62,293 bases of DNA from Verrucomicrobiales bacterium (lineage in GTDB: Bacteria; Verrucomicrobiota; Verrucomicrobiia; Verrucomicrobiales; SLCJ01): contig JBJTQJ010000115.1 in NCBI GenBank assembly GCA_046075565.1, positions 1-62,293 on the forward strand, read 5' to 3'. A program made the position numbers and the translations under genes. The notes below the pieces were generated by a model. It made no database searches, had not been told where the DNA came from, and saw nothing but the letters and a program-made list of their open reading frames with translations. Within the stretch, counting starts at the first letter, position 1. Every line of letters starts with the position of its first letter. Of this stretch, positions 8,230 through 17,227 are shown piece by piece.

Positions 8230-10194
8230 ATGGAAATCCGCGAGTTCGCCGAGCGTGTGCTCTTTGCCAATACCCTGGCGGACAAACTCGCGCCTCCGGC
8301 GGATCGATTGACCGACCTTGTGCCCGGGCAAGCCATCGGGTCCCCTGCCCTGCCGGGGCGTCCGGATTCATTACTGCCACGCCGCCGGGGCGAACCTCGC
8401 GTGCCATTTCCCGGCGAGGCGAAATTGATCGACGAGAAGTCCCGGGCGCGTCTATTGCACTTTTTTTGCAATCATGAATTGCTGGCCGTCGAATTGATGG
8501 CACTGGCCCTCCTGAAATTTCCGGATGCTCCGAAGGCCTTCCGCCGCGGTATCGCCCGCACCCTACAGGAAGAACAGGAACACACCCGCTGGTATATGCA
8601 CCGCATGGGCGATTGCGGATTGAACTTCGGCGACCTTCCGGTCTCGGGTATGATCTGGAATCATATCGCGGGCATGGAAAGCCCGCTCGACTTCGTCTCC
8701 CGATTGTCACTCACCTTCGAACAATCGAACCTCGATTACGCCCGCCATTTCGGCAACGTGCTCGCGACCGCCGGAGACGCCGAAAGCGCCGACATCCTCC
8801 AGCGCATCTACCGGGATGAAATCGCCCATGTCGGACACGGCCTCAAATGGCTGCGGCGATGGAAGCAAGACAAGGAATCCGATTGGGAAGCCTTCCGACG
8901 CGGACTGAAGTTTCCCCTTTCGCCAGTGCGGGCCAAAGGACTGGTCCCCTTCAATGCGGAAGGCCGCCGACTTGCCGGGTTGGATGACGATTTTATCTCG
9001 CGCCTGCGCGGCTTCGAACAGTCGCGGGGGCGCACGCCGGATGTGCGGTTTTTCCACCCCGCCGCGGAGGACGAATGGGCCGTGCATCGCATGGGCAAAC
9101 CATGGCATCCACGCAAGACGATGGAGGAGGTGTCCGCCGACCTGGAAATAGGATTCGCGCTGGCCATTCCCCGCGATGATGTCTTGCTCGCCCGGCGGAT
9201 GCCAACGGTTGAGCACCGCCTCCTGCTCGAGTCGGCCGGACTGTTTCTTCCGGAAATGTTGCCGATGGACGACGCGGCGGATCATCTGGGAGGACGCCGC
9301 TTGCACGCGCCGCGCCCGTGGGCATGGAGTCCATCGGTTGAAAATCTCCTCGATGCCTTGCCCGGTCCGTGGTCTGCCTCGCCACCCCGCACCGATCCGA
9401 TCTGGTTCGACAAGACCTTCGCCGCGTCCTTGGCAACCTCTCTGGAAAAGGAATGGCAATGCCCGGAAACACGAAACACGACCTCCGCCGACGAAGCAGT
9501 CGCGGAGGCGCAAAGGTTGCTAGCAGCCGGGTGGCCACGTGTGGTGGCGAAGGCGTCGTTAGGACTCGCCGGACGCGGGCATTTCCATTTCGCGGAAAAT
9601 ACGCCAGCTCCGCATTTGCCAGATGGGGCGTATCTCGTCGAACCCTGGCTGCCGCGTTGTTTCGACTTCTCGGCTCACTATGATGTGACCGATGGCAAAG
9701 CCCGTTGGGTCGGTCTGGCTCGCCAGTCGATTGATGCCCGGGGTCGTTGGCGCGCCTCGGCCACCGGACCGAAGTGGCTAAAGGGACTTTCACCCGATGT
9801 CGCATCCTTCGCCGACCTGCTTCTGCCCCGCGTTTACAATGGCCCGGTGCGGGAGATGCTCGATTATGCCCTCGCCCGCCACCCCCATGATGGCCCGCTG
9901 GGCGTGGACGCCTTCGTCTGGCAACTTCCCGGCGAAGCACCCCGTCTGCATGCCGTGGTGGAAATCAATCCCCGCTGGACCATGGGGCGCCTCACCATTT
10001 CCCTTTCCAAAAAGTCCCGACACCCCGGATGGACGACCCTCAGTCTGGTGGCCAAAGACAAAGCCCGTGACCTGCCATTGCCGGAAATCCGAGATGGCCA
10101 ATTGCGTTCAGGAAGCCTCCCGTTGACCGACCCCACAAACGCCTCCGGGCATCTACTGGTGCTGACCGTAGGTGCCGGGCCGGCTTTCGGGTGA
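8230..10194 (+). CDS. Ferritin-like (DUF455) di-iron domain fused to an ATP-grasp domain
   Basis: NHELLAVE, EEQEH, LTFEQSNLD, DEIAHVGHG ligand motifs; C-terminal VAKASLGLAGRG, LVEPW, GPLGVD, VVEINPR. Confidence 0.8.
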   Translation: MEIREFAERVLFANTLADKLAPPADRLTDLVPGQAIGSPALPGRPDSLLPRRRGEPRVPFPGEAKLIDEKSRARLLHFFCNHELLAVELMALALLKFPDAPKAFRRGIARTLQEEQEHTRWYMHRMGDCGLNFGDLPVSGMIWNHIAGMESPLDFVSRLSLTFEQSNLDYARHFGNVLATAGDAESADILQRIYRDEIAHVGHGLKWLRRWKQDKESDWEAFRRGLKFPLSPVRAKGLVPFNAEGRRLAGLDDDFISRLRGFEQSRGRTPDVRFFHPAAEDEWAVHRMGKPWHPRKTMEEVSADLEIGFALAIPRDDVLLARRMPTVEHRLLLESAGLFLPEMLPMDDAADHLGGRRLHAPRPWAWSPSVENLLDALPGPWSASPPRTDPIWFDKTFAASLATSLEKEWQCPETRNTTSADEAVAEAQRLLAAGWPRVVAKASLGLAGRGHFHFAENTPAPHLPDGAYLVEPWLPRCFDFSAHYDVTDGKARWVGLARQSIDARGRWRASATGPKWLKGLSPDVASFADLLLPRVYNGPVREMLDYALARHPHDGPLGVDAFVWQLPGEAPRLHAVVEINPRWTMGRLTISLSKKSRHPGWTTLSLVAKDKARDLPLPEIRDGQLRSGSLPLTDPTNASGHLLVLTVGAGPAFG

Positions 10195-10292
10195 TGAAGC
10201 GAAGGATTTTGGTCCCCGCCCCCTTCGGATTTGCCCTCCCACAAGCCGCTCACTTGAGCGCGGAGGGGCTTTGAAGGAGGTCGGAAAGATCA

Positions 10293-10321
10293 TTGGCAAT
10301 TTCCGCCCTTCTCCCTATGCT
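10293..10321 (+). promoter_or_regulatory. Putative sigma70 promoter for proBA (TTGGCA-N17-TATGCT)
   Basis: Consensus-like hexamers at 17-bp spacing, 32 bp before the proB ATG. Confidence 0.5.
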
Positions 10322-10353
10322 ATCGGGCTACCGCCGGAGCGGCCAGGGCATCC

Positions 10354-11127
10354 ATGAACAGGGAAAAACGCATCGTCATCAAAATCGGCACCGGGGTTCT
10401 GACCCGTCAGGACGGGATCCGCCTGGACGAGCCGGTCTTCGTGGATCTGGCCCGGGCCATTTCCGCCCTCCATGCCGATGGCTGGCACGCGGTGGTGGTT
10501 TCCAGCGGAGCCGTGGGGGCCGGGTTGATGGAATTCGGGCGCAACAAACGCCCGACCGAAACCGCCGAATTGCAGGCATTCGCCGCCATCGGGCAGGCCC
10601 GCCTGATGCAGACCTGGCGCACCCATTTGCAGGTCCGCGACCTCGCGGGAGCCCAATTGCTCCTCACTTACGACGATCTGGAATCCACGGACCGCCGCGA
10701 GCGCATCACCCGCACGCTCGACCACCTCCTTTCGATGGGAAATGTCATCCCGATCATCAATGAAAACGACAGCGTCGCCGTGGAGGAACTCCGCTTCGGC
10801 GACAACGACGCCCTCTCCGCACGGGTGGCTGGAATTGCCGGTGCCCACCTGCTTGTTCTCCTGACTTCAGTGGACGGGCTGATGGACGGGGATGGAAAGA
10901 TCATTCCCGTGGTGCCGGATATCGCCGCGTCGATGTCCCATGTGCGCGGTGACAAGGGGACTCTCTCGGTCGGCGGCATGGCCACCAAACTCCAAGCCAC
11001 CGCCCACGCCGTGGAAACCGGGATTCCCGTGATCATCGCCAATGGTAAAGAAGCCCACCGGTTGCCCGGCATCGTGGCCGGCACGGATCCCCTTTGCACC
11101 CGTTTTCCCTTGCCCAGACATGCCTGA
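10354..11127 (+). CDS. proB: Glutamate 5-kinase (no PUA domain)
   Basis: VIKIGT, SSGAV, AAIGQ, INEND, FGDND, GGM.TK motifs. Confidence 0.95.
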   Translation: MNREKRIVIKIGTGVLTRQDGIRLDEPVFVDLARAISALHADGWHAVVVSSGAVGAGLMEFGRNKRPTETAELQAFAAIGQARLMQTWRTHLQVRDLAGAQLLLTYDDLESTDRRERITRTLDHLLSMGNVIPIINENDSVAVEELRFGDNDALSARVAGIAGAHLLVLLTSVDGLMDGDGKIIPVVPDIAASMSHVRGDKGTLSVGGMATKLQATAHAVETGIPVIIANGKEAHRLPGIVAGTDPLCTRFPLPRHA

Positions 11128-12394
11128 GGATATCCCAGCCGCCATACGTTCCATGGCCGAGGCCGCCCGTGTGGCCTCGCGTGGTCTTGCCAACCTCGGC
11201 ACGGACGAAAAGAACCGCATCCTGATCGCCATCGCCGATGGCCTTGAGGCACGCGCGTTGGAAATCCTCGCCGCCAACCAACTCGACCTCGAGGCGGGAG
11301 AAAAAGCCGGACTCGCCCCCGCGATGATGGACCGTCTCCGCCTAACAAAAGAACGTATTTCCGCCAGTGCGAAAGACGTGCGCCATGTCGCGGGTCTGCC
11401 GGACCCGGTGGGAAAGGCGCTCGATGAATTCAACGGTGCCCAAGGCATTCTCATCCGCAAAGTCTCGGTGCCCATCGGCGTGATCGCGATTCTTTTCGAG
11501 AGCCGCCCGAATGTCACCATCGACGCGGCGGCGCTTTGTCTGAAAAGCGGCAACGCAACCATTCTACGCGGCGGCAAGGAGGCCCTGCATTCCAACCTCG
11601 CCCTCGCACGCGTGCTCCAGGAGAGCGGTCAAACGGCCGGACTTCCCGCCAATGCCGTGCAACTCGTGCCTTTCACCGACCGTTCGAGCGTGCCCGCTCT
11701 GGTCGGGCTCGACGGACTCATCGACCTGGCGATTCCGCGCGGAGGCCACGGCCTTATCGAAGCGGTGGTCAGTCATGCCCGCGTGCCGGTGATCAAACAC
11801 TATGATGGGATCTGCCATCTGTATCTCGACTCCGCCGCCGATGCCGGGATGGCCGCAGCCATTGCAGTGAATGCGAAGTGCCAGCGCCCGGGGGTTTGCA
11901 ACGCGGCGGAGTCCCTGCTCATCCACGCCGATGCGGCGGAGCGCCTCTTGCCCGTGGTCGGTCGTGCCCTCCTGGAAAATGGTGTGGAGTTGCGCGGAGA
12001 TGCAGACTCGCTCGCACTGCTTGAAAGCTGCGGAATCAATGCCGTCGCGGCGAAAGAAGAGGATTTCCGCACGGAATTCCTCGCGCTCATCATGGCCGTG
12101 AAGATCGTTCCATCCCTCGAAGAAGCGATTGCTCACATCAACAGCCATGGCTCCCACCACAGCGATGCCATCATCACCGGAGATGAAACCGCCGCCCGGC
12201 GCTTCCTCGCAGAGGTTGATTCGGCGGCCGTCTACTGGAATGCCTCGACACGCTTCACCGACGGCGGACAATTTGGATTCGGGGCCGAGATCGGCATCTC
12301 AACCGACAAACTCCATGCCCGCGGCCCCATGGGCCTGCCCGAACTGACTTCCTACAAATACCTTGTCACCGGCAATGGCCAAACCCGCGCTTAA
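11120..12394 (+). CDS. proA: Gamma-glutamyl phosphate reductase
   Basis: FESRPNVT, RGGKEA, IPRGG, GVCNAAE, NASTRFTDGGQFG, HARGPMGL. Confidence 0.96.
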   Translation: MPEDIPAAIRSMAEAARVASRGLANLGTDEKNRILIAIADGLEARALEILAANQLDLEAGEKAGLAPAMMDRLRLTKERISASAKDVRHVAGLPDPVGKALDEFNGAQGILIRKVSVPIGVIAILFESRPNVTIDAAALCLKSGNATILRGGKEALHSNLALARVLQESGQTAGLPANAVQLVPFTDRSSVPALVGLDGLIDLAIPRGGHGLIEAVVSHARVPVIKHYDGICHLYLDSAADAGMAAAIAVNAKCQRPGVCNAAESLLIHADAAERLLPVVGRALLENGVELRGDADSLALLESCGINAVAAKEEDFRTEFLALIMAVKIVPSLEEAIAHINSHGSHHSDAIITGDETAARRFLAEVDSAAVYWNASTRFTDGGQFGFGAEIGISTDKLHARGPMGLPELTSYKYLVTGNGQTRA

Positions 12395-12404
12395 ATCCCA
12401 TTTC

Positions 12405-13580
12405 ATGACCACCTCCCTCAAATCCATCAACCTTGTTGAAACGCTCCACAATATCGAGGAGATCGCGCAGAACTTTGGCATCGAAGGGGAATTAGTCGAA
12501 GGCGGTGCCTTCGGCAATGGTCTGATCAACGACACCCTCGCAGGCACGTTCGAGCGCGACGGCAAACGCCGACGCTACGTTTTCCAGCGGATCAACCACC
12601 ACGTCTTCAAGAATCCCATCGGGCTGATGGAAAACGTGGAGCGCGTTTGTGGACATGTCCGGTCCCGGCTTGAAACAGATGGAGTGGATCAACTGGACCG
12701 CCGCTGCCTCACGCTATTGAACACGCTTTCCAACGGCCCACTGCTGCACATTCCACTCAAGGATGAATACTGGCGTTGTTACCGCTACATCAACCACTGC
12801 ACGAGTTACGATGTGGTTAGCACGGAGGAACAAGCCTTCGAGGCGGCGCAGAAATTCGGGGAATTCCAGAAGCTCGTGGCGGACTTGCCCGGACCGCGTC
12901 TGACCGAAACCATTCCTGATTTCCATAACACCCCCAAGCGGTTCTCCGCTTTCGAGGCGGCCATCCAATCGGATCCTCTAGGACGGGCCAAGCACTGCCG
13001 GGCGGAAATCGAATTCGCGCTTTCGCGTCACGGGGTGGCGAAGCACCTGCTCGAACTGCACGCGCGCGGGGAAATGCCGGAACGCATCACCCACAACGAC
13101 ACGAAACTCAGCAACGTCCTCATCTGCGACATGACGGGCTCCGGCATGTGTGTCGTGGATTTGGATACCGTCATGCCGGGACTCTCGCTATACGACTTCG
13201 GCGACATGGTCCGCACCTGTGTGAGCCCCGGAGAGGAAGACACAAACGATCTGTCGACCATCCATGTCCGCATGCCTATGTTCGAAGCATTGGCCCGGGG
13301 CTTCATCAAGCAACTGGGAGGATTGCTGACGCCTGCGGAAAAGGCCAATCTCGCCTTCGCCGGAAAGCTGCTCACGTTCGAGGTCGGAATCCGTTTCCTC
13401 ACCGATTATCTTCTCGGTGACGTCTATTTTTCGACCAAACGCCCCGGTCACAATCTGGATCGCTGCCGCACCCAATTCCATCTCGTGCGTTCGATTGAAG
13501 CTTGTGAAGCCGATATGAACCGCTTCGTCGAGTCCTTGACCGGAGCCTGCGATGCCTCGCTGCGGTTTCGGGTCGATTGA
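12405..13580 (+). CDS. APH/phosphotransferase-fold kinase (N-acetylhexosamine 1-kinase-like)
   Basis: GNGLINDT, QRINH, THNDTKLSN, DLDTVMPG, YDFGDMVR. Confidence 0.85.
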   Translation: MTTSLKSINLVETLHNIEEIAQNFGIEGELVEGGAFGNGLINDTLAGTFERDGKRRRYVFQRINHHVFKNPIGLMENVERVCGHVRSRLETDGVDQLDRRCLTLLNTLSNGPLLHIPLKDEYWRCYRYINHCTSYDVVSTEEQAFEAAQKFGEFQKLVADLPGPRLTETIPDFHNTPKRFSAFEAAIQSDPLGRAKHCRAEIEFALSRHGVAKHLLELHARGEMPERITHNDTKLSNVLICDMTGSGMCVVDLDTVMPGLSLYDFGDMVRTCVSPGEEDTNDLSTIHVRMPMFEALARGFIKQLGGLLTPAEKANLAFAGKLLTFEVGIRFLTDYLLGDVYFSTKRPGHNLDRCRTQFHLVRSIEACEADMNRFVESLTGACDASLRFRVD

Positions 13581-13591
13581 TCCCCAGTTCC

Positions 13592-13800
13592 AAAAAGCAG
13601 CCTCCTCCTGCGGTGACTGAACCGCGCGAAAGCGCGGTGCCAAACCCACCGGCTGTACGTCCAAAAGGCACGCCCGTTCGAGTTCCGCTACCCCGCTAGT
13701 TGCCGCGTCAATGCCTTGATTTTCAAGAGAGACGACGAAGCTCGAGCCCTCTACAGATTCCAACCAGCCGGTAGTTGACAATTTCCAGTCAACAAGCTAG
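13592..13800. ncRNA. Candidate ~200-nt rod-shaped structured RNA (6S-like size and shape; family unassigned)
   Basis: Intergenic; nested complementary segments (ACCGGCTG/CAGCCGGT, TCGAG/CTCGA, CGTC/GACG, CTTGA/TCAAG, TGACTG/CAGTCA) plus CCGCGC-GAAA-GCGCGG side hairpin. Confidence 0.45.
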
Positions 13801-13803
13801 ATT
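13775..13803 (+). promoter_or_regulatory. Putative sigma70 promoter for rplY (TTGACA-N17-TAGATT)
   Basis: Perfect -35, 17-bp spacer, near-consensus -10. Confidence 0.65.
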
Positions 13804-13870
13804 TTCCGTCCCCTTGGGTCCTATGGCTCAAGTGGTTACAAGACATCCATTTACACTTCCGTACAGGCTT

Positions 13871-14509
13871 ATGGCCCAAAACCACGCTCTCTCCGCCACC
13901 CATCGTCGCCGCTCCGGCTCCGGAGCCCTCAAGGCCATGCGCCGGGAAGGTCTCGTTCCCGCCGTCATCTACGGCAAATCGGAACCGGCCCAGAACATCA
14001 AAGTGAATGCCCGCGAGTTCGCCACCCTTCTCAAGGATAGTGCCTCCGAGCACATCCTCGTTGACCTCGATCTCGAGGGCAGCAAAAAGCTGGCCATTCT
14101 CCAGGACATCCAGCACGACCCCATCTCCGGCGGCTTTGTGCACATTGATTTTCATGCCGTTTCCGCCAATGAAACCGTGCACGCGCAGGTTTCGGTCGAA
14201 ATCAGAGGCGAGTCCCCCGGTCTGAAAATGGGAGGAATGGTGGAAGTGCTCGTCCATGAATTGGACGTGGCCTGCTTGCCCAAGGATCTTCCAGAAACCT
14301 TCCTGATCGATGTTTCGAACCTCGAACTCGGTGGAACCATCCACGTGAGCGAACTCGTCCTGCCTCAGGGCGTGAAAGTCGAAATGGACCCGTCTCTTGT
14401 CGTGGTTCACGTGACCGAACCCAAAGTCGCTGTTGAAGAAGTGGCCGCCGCCGCTGGCCCCGCCGAGCCCGAAGTGCTCCGAGAGAAGAAACCTGCGGAA
14501 CAGAAGTAA
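13871..14509 (+). CDS. rplY: 50S ribosomal protein L25 (long Ctc form)
   Basis: RREGLVPAVIYG, IQHDPI, HIDFH, GG.VE, LPE...IDVS.LELG. Confidence 0.95.
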   Translation: MAQNHALSATHRRRSGSGALKAMRREGLVPAVIYGKSEPAQNIKVNAREFATLLKDSASEHILVDLDLEGSKKLAILQDIQHDPISGGFVHIDFHAVSANETVHAQVSVEIRGESPGLKMGGMVEVLVHELDVACLPKDLPETFLIDVSNLELGGTIHVSELVLPQGVKVEMDPSLVVVHVTEPKVAVEEVAAAAGPAEPEVLREKKPAEQK

Positions 14510-14552
14510 GATCTTCATCGGCCCGGAGCAAAACACTCTCCACGCTATTTCC

Positions 14553-14586
14553 AAACCGCCCGCGGGTTCGCCCCGGGCGGTTTTTT
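14553..14586 (+). terminator. Rho-independent terminator of rplY
   Basis: CCGCCCG..GGG-TTCG-CCC.CGGGCGG stem-loop followed by T6. Confidence 0.85.
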
Positions 14587-14600
14587 GTGGATGCCGCTTG

Positions 14601-14819
14601 TCCCACCCGGAGGAATACGATCCCGCGGGGCGGGTCCGTTATCCGCTCAAGCGGCGGGTCATGCCCAACGAATCGCTCCGTCGCTTCCGGAAAATCACGG
14701 CCGCGACCGCTAACGCGGATCCCGGCACTCCGGACTTTCATGTTTCCGGTCATCCCAACCGGAGGGACACGGTCCCGCAGGGCCGTGTCCGATATTCGCT
14801 CAATCGGTGGACCATGCCC
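14601..14819 (+). repeat. Two diverged ~66-bp direct repeats (14601-14666, 14753-14819), each with a GGAG-headed REP-like palindrome
   Basis: TCCCA.CCGGAGG.A.ACG.TCCCGC.GGGC...GTCCG.TAT.CGCTCAA.CGG.GG..CATGCCC shared by both copies. Confidence 0.7.
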
Positions 14820-14847
14820 TGCACTTCGCATCCGGACATCAAGCGAG

Positions 14848-15441
14848 TCACGCAGACTTGGCTTGCCGCCTTCTCCCCAAAAGCACACCGATGGCCAGGC
14901 CGAGAACGAGAGCAACCCCAGCTGCCACGGATAAGGCGCTCTTCGCGGTGTTGATAAGCGGGTTGTCGAGCACGTTCATCGAAATGTGATAGGCAGCAAG
15001 CTGCCATTGGCCATCCACTTTGACCAAAGTCGCAGTCCAGCGGCTTTTGATCTCGTAGTCTTTCCCTAGCAGTTTATATCCCGCGACGGTCTCACCAAAG
15101 GAGATCCCGGTGTCGCCTCCGTGGAGAATCGTCAGTTCATCCGGCGTGGGTGGAAGTTTGTAACCTTTGAAGGACTCCCGTCCGGTTTTTTCAAAGAAAT
15201 CTTTCAGCCCCTGCCGCCCCCGGCAGACCTGGGAATTCTGCCAGGTCACCACCACGTCCGGATGCACGTGTTTGAGCACCGTGTCGATGTCGCCCTTCAC
15301 GATGGCATCAATGATCGTTGTTCTGAGGGTGCGGAGCTCGTCGTGGGCCGGGTCTTCGGCGGCATGGGCGCCAGATAGAGCAAAAAGTCCGGCAAGAACA
15401 AGGAGGATGAGGCGGGAGAAACGGAACACGGCGGTGAGCAT
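14848..15441 (-). CDS. Exported NTF2/SnoaL-like (DUF4440-type) protein with C-terminal TM anchor
   Basis: Signal peptide (AHA|A), GDIDTV..HVHPDVVV, SRWTATLVK..GQWQLAAYH, C-terminal hydrophobic helix plus RRR. Confidence 0.75.
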   Translation of the reverse strand: MLTAVFRFSRLILLVLAGLFALSGAHAAEDPAHDELRTLRTTIIDAIVKGDIDTVLKHVHPDVVVTWQNSQVCRGRQGLKDFFEKTGRESFKGYKLPPTPDELTILHGGDTGISFGETVAGYKLLGKDYEIKSRWTATLVKVDGQWQLAAYHISMNVLDNPLINTAKSALSVAAGVALVLGLAIGVLLGRRRQAKSA

Positions 15442-15642
15442 GGCGGAAATCAGCGCCCGCATCAAGACAAAAACCGGGGGCCCGTCAACGACCTAGCGGC
15501 GCAGATGCGGCTGGCATGGCGGACTCGAGGTCATCCGAGCCTTTCGATGACAAGGGAGAATTGACCCCGAATCAAATGTTCGAGGAGAGTTGCCGGAGAC
15601 GTGCCGGACCAATGCGGGCTGGCCCAAGGGGCTCTTGGCCCC

Positions 15643-17082
15643 TCAAATTGTCCACGGTTTGCGGGCCTCGCGGGCGAGCATTGCCTGGACGTCCGCATCG
15701 GATGACGATTCGGCGTCCGGATCCCACGGGATCTTCGATTTTCCGAGTCGCAGGGCGATGTTGGCGAGATGGGACACCGAAATGCTGCGGTGGCCGACTT
15801 CGACCGGAGTGATCAAGGGTTTTCCGTCGTAAACGGCATCAAAGAAATTGCCGGTATGATTGCGGCTAACAAGAAGGCTTGTTTCTCCCGCATCTGCCTT
15901 GCGCCGGAGCACCTCGGTCGGATTCGCCATGATGACACCGCGGTTCACGTAGACCCATTGGCCATTCTCGCCTTCGAAGAGGATGCCGATGTGGTCGAAT
16001 TCTTTCCCGTCCTTCGCCATCAGTTCGGCAATCTCCGGCAAGATTTTGGCAGAGTCGTCGGCCACGACGATTTCCGCGCCATTGGCATACTTGGCCGTGA
16101 ACTTGTATTTCTTCGCCGTGTTGTAGAGTGCGTCCGCCGGTGGCATTTCGCCGCTTACTTCTTCCAGTGACACCGGCCCCGTGCTGTCCATCCCCAATCC
16201 CCAGTGGGCGATGTCGATATGGTGGGCACCGAAGTCAGTGACCATGCCGCCGGAGAAATGGAAATTGTGCCTCCAGTTGAGGGGCTGAAGCGCGGGCCGG
16301 TATTCCATTTCCGGCGCAGGCCCGAGCCACATGTCGAAGTCGAATCCTTCGGGCGGTGTTTCCGGTGCCTGTTTCATCCCGGAGCCATTCCAATCTTTGT
16401 GACCGCCCGGCAGTCCCACCCGCACGCGCTTGACCTTGCCAATCCACCCGTTGCGGGCGATCTCGCAGGCCTTCCGGAAAAAGTTGTCGGACCGCTGCTG
16501 GCTGCCGGTTTGGAAGACCACCCCCGCGTCCTTCACCGCAGCGACCATATTCTTGCCTTCATCGATGGTCAGCGAAAGCGGTTTCTGCGCGTAGATATGG
16601 CGCTTTTGGCGCGCGGCGAGAATGACTTGATAGGCGTGCCAATGATCCGGCGTGCAGATCTGCACGGCGGATGGATCTTCCTTCTCGAACATCTCCCGGA
16701 AGTCGGTGTAGGTCTGGCAAGTTTTGCTCGGCTTTTTCTCCTGCTTGCCGTAAAAGTCATCGACCATACGGCGGCCGACTTCGCGCCCGCCATTCAGTTC
16801 ACCGCGATAGCCGTAATGCGGGCTGTCCTTCACCAAATCGCAGACCGCGACCACCTGACAACGGGGATCATTCAGGAAGTTTCCGGTCCAGTTGATGGCG
16901 ATGGTTCCGAAGCCGAGCACGCCCACGGTGATGCGCTCGGAGGGAGCAGGGCGCCCGCCCTTGCCGATGGCGGTCGAGGGAATGATGGTCGGGAAACCGA
17001 GAGCGGCCGCGCCGGCGGCAAGAAAGCGACGGCGATTGGTCAGGGAAGAGGGCATTCGAAATGGTCCGGGTTGTGGAGTCAT
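15643..17082 (-). CDS. Tat-exported Gfo/Idh/MocA-family oxidoreductase
   Basis: NRRRFL Tat motif, VGVLGFG, CTPDHWH, QKPLS, QTGSQQRS, DFGAHHID; alternative start at 17055. Confidence 0.9.
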   Translation of the reverse strand: MTPQPGPFRMPSSLTNRRRFLAAGAAALGFPTIIPSTAIGKGGRPAPSERITVGVLGFGTIAINWTGNFLNDPRCQVVAVCDLVKDSPHYGYRGELNGGREVGRRMVDDFYGKQEKKPSKTCQTYTDFREMFEKEDPSAVQICTPDHWHAYQVILAARQKRHIYAQKPLSLTIDEGKNMVAAVKDAGVVFQTGSQQRSDNFFRKACEIARNGWIGKVKRVRVGLPGGHKDWNGSGMKQAPETPPEGFDFDMWLGPAPEMEYRPALQPLNWRHNFHFSGGMVTDFGAHHIDIAHWGLGMDSTGPVSLEEVSGEMPPADALYNTAKKYKFTAKYANGAEIVVADDSAKILPEIAELMAKDGKEFDHIGILFEGENGQWVYVNRGVIMANPTEVLRRKADAGETSLLVSRNHTGNFFDAVYDGKPLITPVEVGHRSISVSHLANIALRLGKSKIPWDPDAESSSDADVQAMLAREARKPWTI

Positions 17083-17227
17083 GTTCCTACGTTCGTCGGC
17101 GCTCGAATCTTCCGAGGAATTGCTTGCCGCCGCGGTTACTCGGAATCCGGGCTTCCCATTTGGCCGGGATGGTGCGAGACTGCCCCGAATCCTCTGTTTT
17201 GGCACTTCCTCCCGTTTCCATCCGCCC

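Noticed and set aside
7779-8471. N-terminal extensions in the ORF track (also 35552-35989, 42913-43125, 24527-24661, 17083-17355)
   Set aside because: They overlap real neighbouring genes; downstream starts fit family N-termini and signal peptides better
13615-13650. AACC...GGTGCCAAA resembling a SAM-I riboswitch P3
   Set aside because: No AUC/GAU P1 or kink-turn P2, and the downstream gene is not sulfur-related
13816-13845. GGGTCCTATGGCTCAAGTGGTTA resembling a tRNA 5' half
   Set aside because: No anticodon arm, T-loop or acceptor partner
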